Shown piece after piece: positions 51,240 to 61,036 of a stretch of DNA of 64,000 nucleotides. A model generated the notes under the pieces. It saw only the letters and a list, made by a program, of their open reading frames with translations. It made no database searches and was not told the origin of the DNA. The DNA comes from Rhodanobacter sp. GTDB lineage: Bacteria; Pseudomonadota; Gammaproteobacteria; Xanthomonadales; Rhodanobacteraceae. The stretch covers positions 21,186 through 85,185 of the forward strand of contig JBDSWR010000038.1 of assembly GCA_039926605.1 (NCBI GenBank), read 5' to 3'. The translations under genes were made by a program, and so were the position numbers. Position 1 is the first letter of the stretch. Each line of letters begins with the position of its first letter.

Positions 51240-52538
51240 TCAGGCGAATTTGATACAGGCGACGGCGCCATTGGCGTCGCTGCGCGGTCGCATCGAGACA
51301 TCCCAGGCGTACAACTCGCACAACCGGCGCACGATCGCCAAACCTAGGCCGGCGCCACTGCCACCCACGCCTTCCCCGCGCACGCCACGCTGGAACAGGC
51401 GCTCAGCATCTTCGGGCTTGATCCCGGGCCCGGTATCAATGACTTCGATGCGGTTGTCGCCGACCTCGATGCGCACGCTGCCTTCGAGCGTGTATTTGAT
51501 CGCATTGCTGATCAGGTTGGTCAGCGCCACCGAGAGCACCGATGCTGGCGCGTTGACGCTGACCGGGGAGCGCACCACCAGCTCGACCACCAACGGTTTG
51601 CCACGAAGTTGCGGACGTTGACTCTCGATGACGTCGGCGGCAACCTTGCCGACCTCGGTAGTTTCTCCGCGCGTAGGGCCACGTCGCTCGGCGCGGGACA
51701 GCAACAACAGCGCCTCGATCAGTTCGGTTGCCTGGCGTGATGCCCGCTCGATGCGATTGAGGCGTTCGCTCAGCTTTGGCGTGAGGTCGGCCGAACCCTG
51801 TAGCAATTCGGTAGTGCTGGCGATGACCGCCAGCGGTGTGCGCAGCTCGTGGCTGACGTCGGAGTTGAATTCGCGGTCGTGTTCAACCATGGCTGTGAGT
51901 CGCGTCGAATACTCATCCAGCGCGTGCGCGAGTTCACCCACTTCATCGTCCGCGAAATGTGGCGCCAGCGGTTCGACCTTGCCTGTCTGCCGGAAACCGC
52001 GCAGTCGATTGGCCAGTTCCGTGACCGGTTTCAGCACCTTGCGGGACAGCCACAGACCAATGGCCAGCGAAAGCAGACCGAACAGGAACACTGCACCAAT
52101 CACGCTGGTCAACAGTTGCTGCTTGCCGAGCTCCTCGCGCGATACGTCATAGCGAACGAAGCCGATGATGCCCTGCTTGCGCCGGACGGCCAGCTTGTAG
52201 CGTTTCGTGTGGCCTTTGGCGTCAACGTCGGTGATATCGAACACACCGCTTGCGTTCGGGTCCCGGGCAAGGTTTTGCCACGCCAACGGCATTTTGTACA
52301 GCGTGCGGTCGCTGTTGATGAAGCCTTCGAGTAGTTGCGAATGAGCAATCTGATCGGGGTTGGCGATGACCTGGTCGACCGATTGGTCAACGTCTTGCTG
52401 AAGACTGGCGGTAACCAGTTGGTCCTCGACCTTGGCGCGGATGTTCAACGCCGCCACCGCAAACAACGCGCTGAGGCCGAAGCCGAACAGCGTGAACGAG
52501 ACGACCAGGCGAAAACGCAGCTTACGCCTGGATTGCAT
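51240..52538 (-). CDS. colS: Sensor histidine kinase, ColS-like
   Basis: Two TM helices, HAMP, H-box SHELRTPLAV, and N/G boxes (NLISNAIKYT, DTGPGI, GSGAGLGLAIV). The start ATG overlaps the end of the response-regulator gene. Confidence 0.8.
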   Translation of the reverse strand: MQSRRKLRFRLVVSFTLFGFGLSALFAVAALNIRAKVEDQLVTASLQQDVDQSVDQVIANPDQIAHSQLLEGFINSDRTLYKMPLAWQNLARDPNASGVFDITDVDAKGHTKRYKLAVRRKQGIIGFVRYDVSREELGKQQLLTSVIGAVFLFGLLSLAIGLWLSRKVLKPVTELANRLRGFRQTGKVEPLAPHFADDEVGELAHALDEYSTRLTAMVEHDREFNSDVSHELRTPLAVIASTTELLQGSADLTPKLSERLNRIERASRQATELIEALLLLSRAERRGPTRGETTEVGKVAADVIESQRPQLRGKPLVVELVVRSPVSVNAPASVLSVALTNLISNAIKYTLEGSVRIEVGDNRIEVIDTGPGIKPEDAERLFQRGVRGEGVGGSGAGLGLAIVRRLCELYAWDVSMRPRSDANGAVACIKFA

Positions 52539-53208
52539 CCGGCTCGACCATCCGGTAACCAATGCCGTGACGCGTGTAGATCAGCGGCGTGGCGAAAGGC
52601 TTGTCGATCGCCGCGCGCAGACCATGGATGTGTACCCGCAGCGAGTCGCTGTCGGGTAGTTCCTCACCCCACACACGTTGCTCCAGGTCTTGCCGGGTTA
52701 CCACCGACGGGCTGGCTTCCATCAGTGCCTGCAACAACTTCAAGCCGATCGGGTTGAGCTGGATCGACTTGCCTTCGCGGTTAACCGTCAACGTGTCGAG
52801 ATTGAACGTGAGATCGGCCACCTTGAGTACGCGGCTCTGCGGGCCCTTGCCACGACGCGCCAGCACTTCCAGCCGTGCAGCCAATTCCTGCAAGGCGAAC
52901 GGCTTGGTCATGTAATCGTCGGCGCCGGATTCGAAGCCGGTCAGTTTCTGCTCAAGCGCGTCGCGCGCGGTCAACATCAGGATCGGGGTTTGCTTGTGGG
53001 CTTCGTGGCGCAACTTGTGCGCCACTTCCAGGCCATCCATGCCGGGCAAGGTCAGGTCGAGCACGATGACGTCAAAATCATGGACGACCGCGAGGTGCAA
53101 ACCGGTGACGCCGTCCCCGGCAAAGTCGACCACGTTACCGCGGTCTTCAAGGTAATCGCCGATATTGGTGGCGATGTCGGTGTTGTCTTCGATGACCAGT
53201 ACGCGCAT
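52522..53208 (-). CDS. colR: OmpR-family response regulator, ColR-like
   Basis: The receiver domain (VLDLTLPGMDG) plus winged helix closely resembles Pseudomonas ColR along its length. This comparison is from memory. Confidence 0.85.
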   Translation of the reverse strand: MRVLVIEDNTDIATNIGDYLEDRGNVVDFAGDGVTGLHLAVVHDFDVIVLDLTLPGMDGLEVAHKLRHEAHKQTPILMLTARDALEQKLTGFESGADDYMTKPFALQELAARLEVLARRGKGPQSRVLKVADLTFNLDTLTVNREGKSIQLNPIGLKLLQALMEASPSVVTRQDLEQRVWGEELPDSDSLRVHIHGLRAAIDKPFATPLIYTRHGIGYRMVEPDAIQA

Positions 53209-53415
53209 GTGTCACTCCTGCACAACCGGCACACGGGCCGGCTGGAGTCACCAGCTTAACAATCTTGGGGGGAAGCCGGGCAACCAGCGACGCGAATAGT
53301 CTGAACGCGGGCCGCGCGTGTCACGGGAATGCCGGGTGAAGCTGATGCCGTACGCGAGCCAGGTCTGGAAAATGGAGCATGTCGCCTCCAAGCGCGGCGC
53401 GGACTAGGAGTCTTG

Positions 53416-53901
53416 TCAATGGCCACCGTTCACGTAGCCAGGTCGCGCTTGTTCCTGCATGAATTCCTGGGAAGAGCGTCGGGCGCGTTCAGACTCCCCG
53501 TATGTACGGCAGGCGCGTTGCGGGATCAACGAACCTATCGGTCGCTCGGATTTGCAGATGATGCGGCGGTCGTCGCGTCGGGTGAGGATGGCATTGACGT
53601 CTTCCTGATCGGTAAGCAACTGCGCGCGTTTGTTGCTGTCCATCTGCGCCACAGTCCCGTAGCTGTCAAACAGCGCCTGCATGTCGCTCAAACGCTTGAT
53701 CACGATGTCGTGTTCGGCGCTGTCCAGGAATTCATAGCGTCCACCAGGGCGCATTTCGTCTTGCACAGCGCTACTTACTGCAGTGAACGCGGCCTTGTTG
53801 TCGGCCTTGACGTCCGGCTTCGGCGTGGACGCGATGGCGGCGCCCAGTGGCAGTAGCGCCATCGTCAACACGACAAGCATGATCCAGCCCCGGTGATGCA
53901 T
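53416..53901 (-). CDS. Small secreted hypothetical protein
   Basis: Signal peptide (IMLVVLTMALLPLGAAIAS), then a charged helical body. Sits between rimK and colR on the same strand. No family recognised. Confidence 0.55.
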   Translation of the reverse strand: MHHRGWIMLVVLTMALLPLGAAIASTPKPDVKADNKAAFTAVSSAVQDEMRPGGRYEFLDSAEHDIVIKRLSDMQALFDSYGTVAQMDSNKRAQLLTDQEDVNAILTRRDDRRIICKSERPIGSLIPQRACRTYGESERARRSSQEFMQEQARPGYVNGGH

Positions 53902-53987
53902 ACAGGATGTCCAAGTGCGCGACGGATGCCGCTGGTAACATGACTTTACACGATACTTGCAGCCATGAGACGTGCCTTGGCGGCAGG

Positions 53988-54929
53988 TTAACGCTTTTGC
54001 GTGATGACTTTCCGTGCTGCAGGCTGCACTGAAGCGGTTGCACAACGCGACCGGGTTCGAACATGGTCCTGCAGCAAATCGATGATCGCGCCGGCAACGT
54101 CCACGCCGGTGGCGGCTTCGATGCCCTCCAACCCGGGCGAGGCATTGACCTCCAGCAGCAACGGGCCGCGCCGGGAACGCAGCAGATCGACTCCGGCCAC
54201 GCCAAGGCCGAGCGCTCGGGCCGCACGCAGCGCGATGCGGCGTTCCTCGACACTCAGCGTCGCCACGCTGGCATGGCCACCGCGGTGCAGGTTGGCGCGA
54301 AACTCCCCCGGACTGGCTTCGCGCTGCATGGATGCCACCACCTTGCTGCCGACAACGAAGCAGCGCAGGTCACTGCCGTTGGCTTCCGGGATGAACTCCT
54401 GCACCAGGAAGTTCGCATACAGCCCGCGAAACGCTTCGATCACGCTTTGCGATGCGCTGCGTTTTTCTGCCAGCACCACACCGGTACCCTGGCTGCCCTC
54501 GTTGAGTTTGATCACGTGCGGCGGCTCGCCAATCAGCGCCAACACGTCGGCAGTGTCATCCGGGTTGTCGCCAAACACCGTGGTCGGCATGGCGATGCCC
54601 TGCGCGGCCAGCAGTTGCAGACAACGCAACTTGTCGCGCGCCCGCAGTACGGCCTCGGCCGGGTTCGGCGTATAGACGCCCATCATTTCCAGTTGGCGCA
54701 GCACTGCAGTGCCGTAGAAAGTGGTGCTGGTGCCGATACGGGGGATGACGCAATCGATGTCGTGCACGGCCTTGCCCTTGTAGCGCAACGCGAGCGCGCC
54801 GGGCGCCACGCGGGCGTAACAGCGCAGCGGGTCGAACACCCGCACCACATGTCCGCGTTTGCGCGCTGCCTCGATCAGGCGTCGCGTCGAGTACAAACGT
54901 GTGTTGCGCGACAGGATCGCGATTTTCAT
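53988..54929 (-). CDS. rimK: Ribosomal protein S6 glutamate ligase RimK (ATP-grasp)
   Basis: [27 protein letters not shown] ... [14 protein letters not shown] ... VAGVDLLRS, the canonical RimK sequence. Confidence 0.92.
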   Translation of the reverse strand: MKIAILSRNTRLYSTRRLIEAARKRGHVVRVFDPLRCYARVAPGALALRYKGKAVHDIDCVIPRIGTSTTFYGTAVLRQLEMMGVYTPNPAEAVLRARDKLRCLQLLAAQGIAMPTTVFGDNPDDTADVLALIGEPPHVIKLNEGSQGTGVVLAEKRSASQSVIEAFRGLYANFLVQEFIPEANGSDLRCFVVGSKVVASMQREASPGEFRANLHRGGHASVATLSVEERRIALRAARALGLGVAGVDLLRSRRGPLLLEVNASPGLEGIEAATGVDVAGAIIDLLQDHVRTRSRCATASVQPAARKVITQKR

Positions 54930-54957
54930 GGGCCGGCCGTCATGGGGAATTCCAGTT

Positions 54958-55422
54958 TCACTGCTGCGGGCGTGCTTGTGTGCAGGAACGCGATGGGTCG
55001 ATGGCAAAACGCCCGCTCAGCGCCGTGCGTCCAAGCAGCATGGGAAACAACATGTGCCGGCGGTTGGTCAGGTTGACGTCGATTTCGAACATTTGCCCCG
55101 CCAGCAATACACCAGTGCGGATGAACCAGCGTTCGGTGCGCCGCCCGCCCGTGTCGGTTACCGCGCGACGATCGGTGGATCGCGCTTCGCAACAGATCTC
55201 GCGTGGTTCATGCCGGCCAAGGCGCACGGTAAAACGCAACCAATGTGCGCCGTCGCGGTGAAACTCTTCCAGCGTATCGACATGCATCGAGCTGCTGCGT
55301 GCGCCGGTGTCGAGCTTCGCCTTGAGTGGACCCAGGCCGAGTTGCGGCAGCAGCAACCATTCGCGCCACCCCAGCACGAGCGGATCAGCAGTGACCGCTT
55401 CGACGAGCGTCGGATCTGACAT
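54958..55422 (-). CDS. RimK-associated retropepsin-like protein (ATP-dependent zinc protease family, RimB-like)
   Basis: [31 protein letters not shown] with a DTGA motif. Immediately upstream of rimK. Confidence 0.8.
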   Translation of the reverse strand: MSDPTLVEAVTADPLVLGWREWLLLPQLGLGPLKAKLDTGARSSSMHVDTLEEFHRDGAHWLRFTVRLGRHEPREICCEARSTDRRAVTDTGGRRTERWFIRTGVLLAGQMFEIDVNLTNRRHMLFPMLLGRTALSGRFAIDPSRSCTQARPQQ

Positions 55423-55443
55423 GAGATGGTGGGTGTCAGGCAG

Positions 55444-55517
55444 TGGAGCGGGTGAAGGGAATCGAACCCTCGTCAGTAGCTTGGGAAGCTACAGCTCTAC
55501 CATTGAGCTACACCCGC
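55444..55517 (-). tRNA. tRNA-Gly (anticodon CCC), CCA encoded
   Basis: GCGGGTGTAGCTCAATGGTAGAGCTGTAGCTTCCCAAGCTACTGACGAGGGTTCGATTCCCTTCACCCGCTCCA folds as a 74-nt cloverleaf. The anticodon loop is TTCCCAA. Confidence 0.95.
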
Positions 55518-55742
55518 GTGGCGCAAGATGGTAACTCGACACAGCTGCAGTTGGAAACTTGCCGATGCAGGGGGTGCTGCAACCGGCAGCCTGCCGGCGC
55601 GTGAATGGTTCATGGCGGCAAGCTGAACCGGGATGCGCGCGGCCATTGCAACCCCTGCAAGGGGAGCAATACTTGCGCATGACGGGACCGTGAAGCCCGG
55701 TCATCGTGGTCCAGCAATCAATTTCGTCGTCCGGAGAGCACC

Positions 55743-58250
55743 ATGCGCAGTTTCGTCGAGGTTCCCACGGTGCTGCGCAGACACTGGCGCACGGTGGCAA
55801 TGTTGCTCATGTGTGGTGCCGCGGGTTGGGCACAGGCGCAGCCGGCGGCTTTCAGTGACGCCACGGATCCGCCCAGTCGCGTCGCACGCTTGTCCTACCT
55901 GGCAGGTGATGTCGGTTTGCTGCCTGCCGGTGCCGCCACATGGAGTGACGCCAGTATCAATCGCCCGCTGACTACCGGGGATCGGCTGTCCACCGGTGCC
56001 GGTGCGCGTGCCGAGATGGAGTTTGGCGGCAGCAATCTGCGCATGGACGGCGACACTGATTTCGGGGTGTTGGACCTGAACGAGCAAGTGGCACAGATCG
56101 AGCTCACGCAAGGCACGTTAGGCCTCAGCGTGCGGGATCTGGGTAGCGGCCAGAATGTCGAAATCGACACGCCTACGGTGGCACTTGTCGTTGATCGCCC
56201 GGGTAGCTTGCGTGTTGATGTCGGTGATGGAGCGCGTGGCACGCGAATTTCAGTGCTCGAGGGCAGCGCCGTGGTCTACGGCGAAAACAGTGCGCAGCGC
56301 AATCTGGTTGCCGGACGCAGCTACCGGTTTGACGACAGCGCACTGAGCAGCGTGGTCATCAGTGATCTGGGTGGCGGCGATGGGTTTGACGCGTGGGGTC
56401 GCGATCGCGATCAACGTTATGCGCAATCAGTAAGTCGCCAGTATGTGTCGGACGCTATGGTGGGCTACCAGGATCTGGACCAATACGGGGATTGGCAGAC
56501 TGACAACGACTATGGCGCGGTGTGGTATCCGACCCAGGTTTCGTCCACCTGGGCGCCGTACAGCGACGGCCATTGGGCCTATATCGCGCCGTGGGGGTGG
56601 AGCTGGGTGGATTCCTCGGCGTGGGGCTTTGCGCCATATCACTACGGTCGTTGGGCGAACATGCGCGGGCGCTGGGGCTGGATTCCGGGTCCAATGGATG
56701 TGCGTCCGATCTATGCGCCGGCGCTGGTTGCGTTTGTGGGCGGTGGTGGCTGGTCGGTCGGGATTGGCAATGGGCCGGTGGGTTGGTTTCCGCTGGGCCC
56801 GGGTGAGATCTACAACCCGTGGTATCGCACCAGTCGCAATTACTACACCAACGTCAACATCACCAACATTTATGTACGCCGCGGGTATGACCGCAGCCGC
56901 TATCACCGCGACATCGACAACCACTACGACCACTATCGTCGAGATTTGCCGGTGCGTGGCGAAAGCTACGTCAACCGCCATGCGCCACGCGGTTTCACTG
57001 CTGTGTCAGGACGCACTTTTGCCAGTGGGCAACAGGTGCGCGGCGGCGTACGCCAGGTTGATCAGCGCGAGCTTGCCACCGCTGCGGTGTTGCCGCGGGG
57101 CATCGCGGCGCGGCCGGCTGCTGGCCGTAGGGCGCTGCCGCGCAACGCCCATACGCGTTCATTACCGGTCGGCGGCTTCGATCGGGCGGTGGTGGCCCGG
57201 CGCGCGCCATCGGCCGGGTTTGTCGACCCCTTGAATGCATCGACGCGCACCCCGCGCGGCGGCAGCCGGGGCCAGCTTGCGACACCCGCGCGGGTCCGCT
57301 TGTTGACGCCGGAGGTGGCAGAGGCCGCGCGCTCGCCAGCGCAACGGGTGCTGTCAACCAGGGTGGCAGATGCGGCCGATGCGAGACCTGCCGACACCAG
57401 TCGTTTCGGCGCCCGCAACGGTGTGTCGGCGAACCGGGGGGAGCCCGTGCAGGAGCGCGTGGAGCAGCAGCGTGCAAATCGCGATCTTGTCCGTAATCGG
57501 GATGCTGCAGCGATACGGCCGATGCCGGCGGGTGTCGGCAGGTTGCCGAACGTGGCGCCAATACGCCCGGCAGACGAGGTACGCTCGGGGGAATTGCGCT
57601 CCGCAGGCTTTGCCCGATCTGCGCGGCGCATGGCGGGCACCGTCACCGATGAGTCACGGTCTGCTGGCGCTGCGATGGGCACCACTGATCGCACCGTGCC
57701 TGCGGCGACTGCCATGGACTCGCGGCGTAATCAGCGGGATGGCTCTCAGCGCCCGGGCTTGAGCATTATCCCGCGCGATAATACAGAGCGCGCAACACCA
57801 TCCGTGGACAATCGCGACGTGTCCGTCCCGCAACGGCTTCCCCAGGTGCAGCGATTCCAGCGTGGCGTGATGGACGATGCCGGTGGGCTGTCGGCCGAAC
57901 GGCGGGCAGAGTTTGCAGGGCGACAGCGCGTGATGCCGGAAAACCCACCGATGGGTCCAAGGACCATGCAGCGCAACGACTTGCCGGCGCGTTTCGAGCG
58001 GCCCCAACCCACTCGCAGTACCGTTGCAGCCATGCCGCAAATGGAAGCTCCACGGCAGGCGAATGCGGCACCTGTGCGCCAGTATCAGCCGCAACGCGAG
58101 GTACGCAACGCGCCCGTAGCAATGCCGCAACCGCGCATGACGGTGCCACCGCCACGCCGCGAGCGTGCGGCGCCAGCGGACCGCGAAAGCAAGGCGCGCC
58201 CCGCATCCCGGCCGAACGATCGCCCGCAACAGCAAGAGCAGCAGAACTGA
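55743..58250 (+). CDS. Secreted FecR-like/DUF6600-type protein with a long Arg/Ala/Pro-rich C-terminal tail
   Basis: Signal peptide ending AQA. A FecR-like beta region (RVARLSYLAGDVGLLPAG...). A Trp/Tyr/Gly-rich block (GDWQTDNDYGAVWYP...WGWSWVDSSAWGFAPYHYGRWANMRGRWGWIPG). About 400 aa of low complexity follows. Confidence 0.75.
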   Translation: MRSFVEVPTVLRRHWRTVAMLLMCGAAGWAQAQPAAFSDATDPPSRVARLSYLAGDVGLLPAGAATWSDASINRPLTTGDRLSTGAGARAEMEFGGSNLRMDGDTDFGVLDLNEQVAQIELTQGTLGLSVRDLGSGQNVEIDTPTVALVVDRPGSLRVDVGDGARGTRISVLEGSAVVYGENSAQRNLVAGRSYRFDDSALSSVVISDLGGGDGFDAWGRDRDQRYAQSVSRQYVSDAMVGYQDLDQYGDWQTDNDYGAVWYPTQVSSTWAPYSDGHWAYIAPWGWSWVDSSAWGFAPYHYGRWANMRGRWGWIPGPMDVRPIYAPALVAFVGGGGWSVGIGNGPVGWFPLGPGEIYNPWYRTSRNYYTNVNITNIYVRRGYDRSRYHRDIDNHYDHYRRDLPVRGESYVNRHAPRGFTAVSGRTFASGQQVRGGVRQVDQRELATAAVLPRGIAARPAAGRRALPRNAHTRSLPVGGFDRAVVARRAPSAGFVDPLNASTRTPRGGSRGQLATPARVRLLTPEVAEAARSPAQRVLSTRVADAADARPADTSRFGARNGVSANRGEPVQERVEQQRANRDLVRNRDAAAIRPMPAGVGRLPNVAPIRPADEVRSGELRSAGFARSARRMAGTVTDESRSAGAAMGTTDRTVPAATAMDSRRNQRDGSQRPGLSIIPRDNTERATPSVDNRDVSVPQRLPQVQRFQRGVMDDAGGLSAERRAEFAGRQRVMPENPPMGPRTMQRNDLPARFERPQPTRSTVAAMPQMEAPRQANAAPVRQYQPQREVRNAPVAMPQPRMTVPPPRRERAAPADRESKARPASRPNDRPQQQEQQN

Positions 58251-58272
58251 GCGTCGACGCCAGCGTGCTGAC

Positions 58273-58301
58273 GAAGCCCGGCATGTCCGGGCTTCGTGTT
58301 T
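58273..58301 (+). terminator. Candidate terminator after the DUF6600-type gene
   Basis: GAAGCCCGG catgt CCGGGCTTC, then GTGTTT. The U-tract is weak. Confidence 0.5.
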
Positions 58302-58455
58302 CCCGGGCGTTGGCTGCACGCCGCTACAATGGTCGGGTTCCACGATGCATCTGCATCGTGGCGCACAGTGTGCTCAGCCTTCGCCTGAGTTGGATGCGCG
58401 CCGGTCGGCTCACACGCACACAACACCGCGTTTACGTCGTCACCAGAGCTTGCCC

Positions 58456-59160
58456 ATGACAGATATCCACGCTGCCGCGCCCGTCGAGCGGCTGCGCCGC
58501 ATTCGCAGTTTCGTCTTGCGCGAAGGGCGCATGACGCATGCGCAACAGCGTGCCTTTGACGATTACTGGTCGCGCTTCGGCGTTGACTACGCCGGGACGG
58601 AGCAGGATCTGGACGCATTGTTCGAGCGTCGCGCGGCGCGGGTGATGGAGATTGGTTTCGGCAATGGTGAGGCGCTGGCGTGGGCCAGTGAACACGATCC
58701 AGGTCGTGACTTCATCGGCGTGGAAGTGCATGGGCCGGGGGTGGGCCGGCTGATGAACGCGCTGGCCGCGCGCAACGCACGCAATGTCCGCGTGTTTCGG
58801 CATGACGTGGTGGAGGTGCTCGAGCACGATATTCCACCTGGTGCGCTAAGCGAGGTGCGTATCTGGTTTCCCGATCCCTGGCCCAAGAAGCGCCACCACA
58901 AGCGGCGCCTGATCCAGTCGGAATTCATTGCGCTGCTGGCTTCACGCATGGCTCCCGCAGGCCTGCTGCATCTGGCCACGGATTGGGAGGAATATGCCGG
59001 ACACATGTTGACGGTCATGGAGACTGCGCCTGGCTGGAGCAACGTCACCGGGCCGGCCGCGTTTGCGCAAAAACCCGAGTGGCGCATCGAAACTCACTTT
59101 GAACGCCGCGGGCTGGATCTCGGTCACGGCGTGTGGGATCTCCTGTATCGCCGTGCATAG
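58456..59160 (+). CDS. trmB: tRNA (guanine-N7)-methyltransferase
   Basis: IRSFVLREGRMTHAQQRA, EIGFGNGE and FPDPWPKKRHHKRR motifs. The start is at MTDIH (58456). Confidence 0.92.
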   Translation: MTDIHAAAPVERLRRIRSFVLREGRMTHAQQRAFDDYWSRFGVDYAGTEQDLDALFERRAARVMEIGFGNGEALAWASEHDPGRDFIGVEVHGPGVGRLMNALAARNARNVRVFRHDVVEVLEHDIPPGALSEVRIWFPDPWPKKRHHKRRLIQSEFIALLASRMAPAGLLHLATDWEEYAGHMLTVMETAPGWSNVTGPAAFAQKPEWRIETHFERRGLDLGHGVWDLLYRRA

Positions 59161-59267
59161 CTCGGGTGGTGTATCGCACGGTGACGTGCGCACGAACGGC
59201 GGGCAGCGCGCCCCTGCGAAAGCCTTCGGCCCTCAGAGCGCGCACTACCCGCCGGCTTCATCCAGCG

Positions 59268-60710
59268 TCAGTACCGGTAGAAATCCGACTTGTACGGGCC
59301 GTCCACTGGTACACCAAGGTACGCCGCCTGGTCGGCGGTGAGCGTGGTCAGCTTCACGCCGATCTTGTCCAGATGCAGGCGTGCAACTTCCTCGTCCAGT
59401 TTCTTCGGGAGCATGTAGACCTTGGCCTCATAGCTGTCCTTGTGTGCCCACAAGTCGAGCTGCGCCAGGGTCTGGTTGGAAAACGAGTTGGACATCACGA
59501 AGCTCGGGTGGCCGGTGGCGCAACCCAGGTTGACCAGCCGACCTTCGGCCAGCAGGAACAGCGCATGGCCGTCGGCAAACACGTACTTGTCGACCTGCGG
59601 CTTGATGTTGATTTTCTGCACACCAGCCATGCTGTTCAACGCGTCGACCTGGATCTCGTTGTCGAAGTGCCCGATGTTGCACACGATTGCCTGATCCTTC
59701 ATCGCCTTCAGGTGGTCAAGCGTCAGCACATCGCAGTTGCCGGTGGTGGTGACGTAGATATCGCCGCGGCCCAGGGTGGATTCGACCGTGTTGACCTCGA
59801 AGCCTTCCATTGCCGCCTGCAACGCGTTGATCGGGTCGATCTCGGTGACGACGACACGTGAGCCATACGCACGCAGGGAGTGTGCGCAGCCCTTGCCCAC
59901 ATCGCCGTAACCGCAGACCACGGCCACCTTGCCGGCCAGCATCACATCCATCGCGCGCTTCAGGCCATCGGCCAGCGACTCGCGGCAACCGTACAGATTG
60001 TCGAACTTGGATTTGGTCACCGAATCGTTGACGTTGATCGCCGGGACCAGCAGCGTGCCTGCCGCAGCCAGTTGATACAGGCGATGCACGCCGGTGGTGG
60101 TCTCTTCGGAGACGCCCTTCCAGTCCGTGACCACGGCGTGCCAGTAGCCCGGACGCTCCACGGCCACGCGCTTGAGCAGATTCTTGATGACCTGCTCTTC
60201 GTGCGATGCGGCCTTCTCGTCCACCCATTTGTTGCCGTTCTCCAGCTCGAAACCCTTGTGGATCAGCAGCGTGGCGTCGCCGCCATCGTCAACGATCAAT
60301 TGCGGTCCGAGGAAACCGCCCTTGCCGTCGGGAAAGCTCATGGCCGCCAACGTGCAGTCCCAGTATTCCTCCAGCGTCTCACCCTTCCACGCAAACACCG
60401 GCGTGCCGGTTTCCGCGATTGCGGCAGCCGCGTGGTCCTGGGTGGAGAAGATGTTGCACGACGCCCAGCGCACGTCGGCGCCGATATCCTTCAGCGTCTC
60501 GATCAGCACGGCGGTCTGGATGGTCATGTGCAGCGAGCCGGTGACGCGCACGCCACGCAGCGGTTTGCTCTGCGCGTGCTTTTTGCGGATTGACATCAAT
60601 CCGGGCATCTCGTGCTCGGCGATATCCAGCTCCTTGCGGCCCCAGTCGGCGAGCGACAGGTCGGCGACTTTGAAGTCTTGGGATGGTATTACTTTGCTTG
60701 CAGCGTTCAT
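59268..60710 (-). CDS. ahcY: S-adenosyl-L-homocysteine hydrolase
   Basis: [27 protein letters not shown] and the NAD-binding motif [13 protein letters not shown] at 60710 lies 6 nt after GGAG. Confidence 0.95.
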   Translation of the reverse strand: MNAASKVIPSQDFKVADLSLADWGRKELDIAEHEMPGLMSIRKKHAQSKPLRGVRVTGSLHMTIQTAVLIETLKDIGADVRWASCNIFSTQDHAAAAIAETGTPVFAWKGETLEEYWDCTLAAMSFPDGKGGFLGPQLIVDDGGDATLLIHKGFELENGNKWVDEKAASHEEQVIKNLLKRVAVERPGYWHAVVTDWKGVSEETTTGVHRLYQLAAAGTLLVPAINVNDSVTKSKFDNLYGCRESLADGLKRAMDVMLAGKVAVVCGYGDVGKGCAHSLRAYGSRVVVTEIDPINALQAAMEGFEVNTVESTLGRGDIYVTTTGNCDVLTLDHLKAMKDQAIVCNIGHFDNEIQVDALNSMAGVQKINIKPQVDKYVFADGHALFLLAEGRLVNLGCATGHPSFVMSNSFSNQTLAQLDLWAHKDSYEAKVYMLPKKLDEEVARLHLDKIGVKLTTLTADQAAYLGVPVDGPYKSDFYRY

Positions 60711-60842
60711 GGGCATCTCCGGTTGGTGCGAGCCGCGTGCGCGCAGTCCGGCCTTGGCTGGGGGAATTCCGTGCAGACTGCTCGCAGTTCTTGCGGGGAG
60801 CCTGACCATGGATTTCCGGACTACTGCGAAGGGACTCGCATA

Positions 60843-60935
60843 CTGAGCGCCGTTGTGGGATGTGCCGTGCCGAGCCTGGCCGCTCCTGCGACGGCGGAAA
60901 ACTCCCGGGTCGTGAACGGTCGCAGCGCCCCTCAG
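60843..60935 (-). ncRNA. SAH riboswitch in the ahcY 5' leader
   Basis: The minus strand reads CUGAGGGGCGCUGCGACC...GUCGCAGGAGCGGCCAGGCUCGGCACGGCACAUCCCACAACGGCGCUCAG. This matches the conserved SAH-riboswitch blocks (AGGAGCGCUGCGAC with one substitution, CAGGCUCGG, AACGGCGCUCA). It lies about 130 nt upstream of ahcY, with a TACAAT -10 box at 60960-60955. Confidence 0.8.
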
Positions 60936-61036
60936 CGGGCAGTGGAAGGGCGTTATTGTAATAGCAGACGCGCGCAGATGCCTTGCCGCTGCGCGATTGG
61001 TTACGCTGGGAGCCTATCTTCAACGGGAGTGATCGC

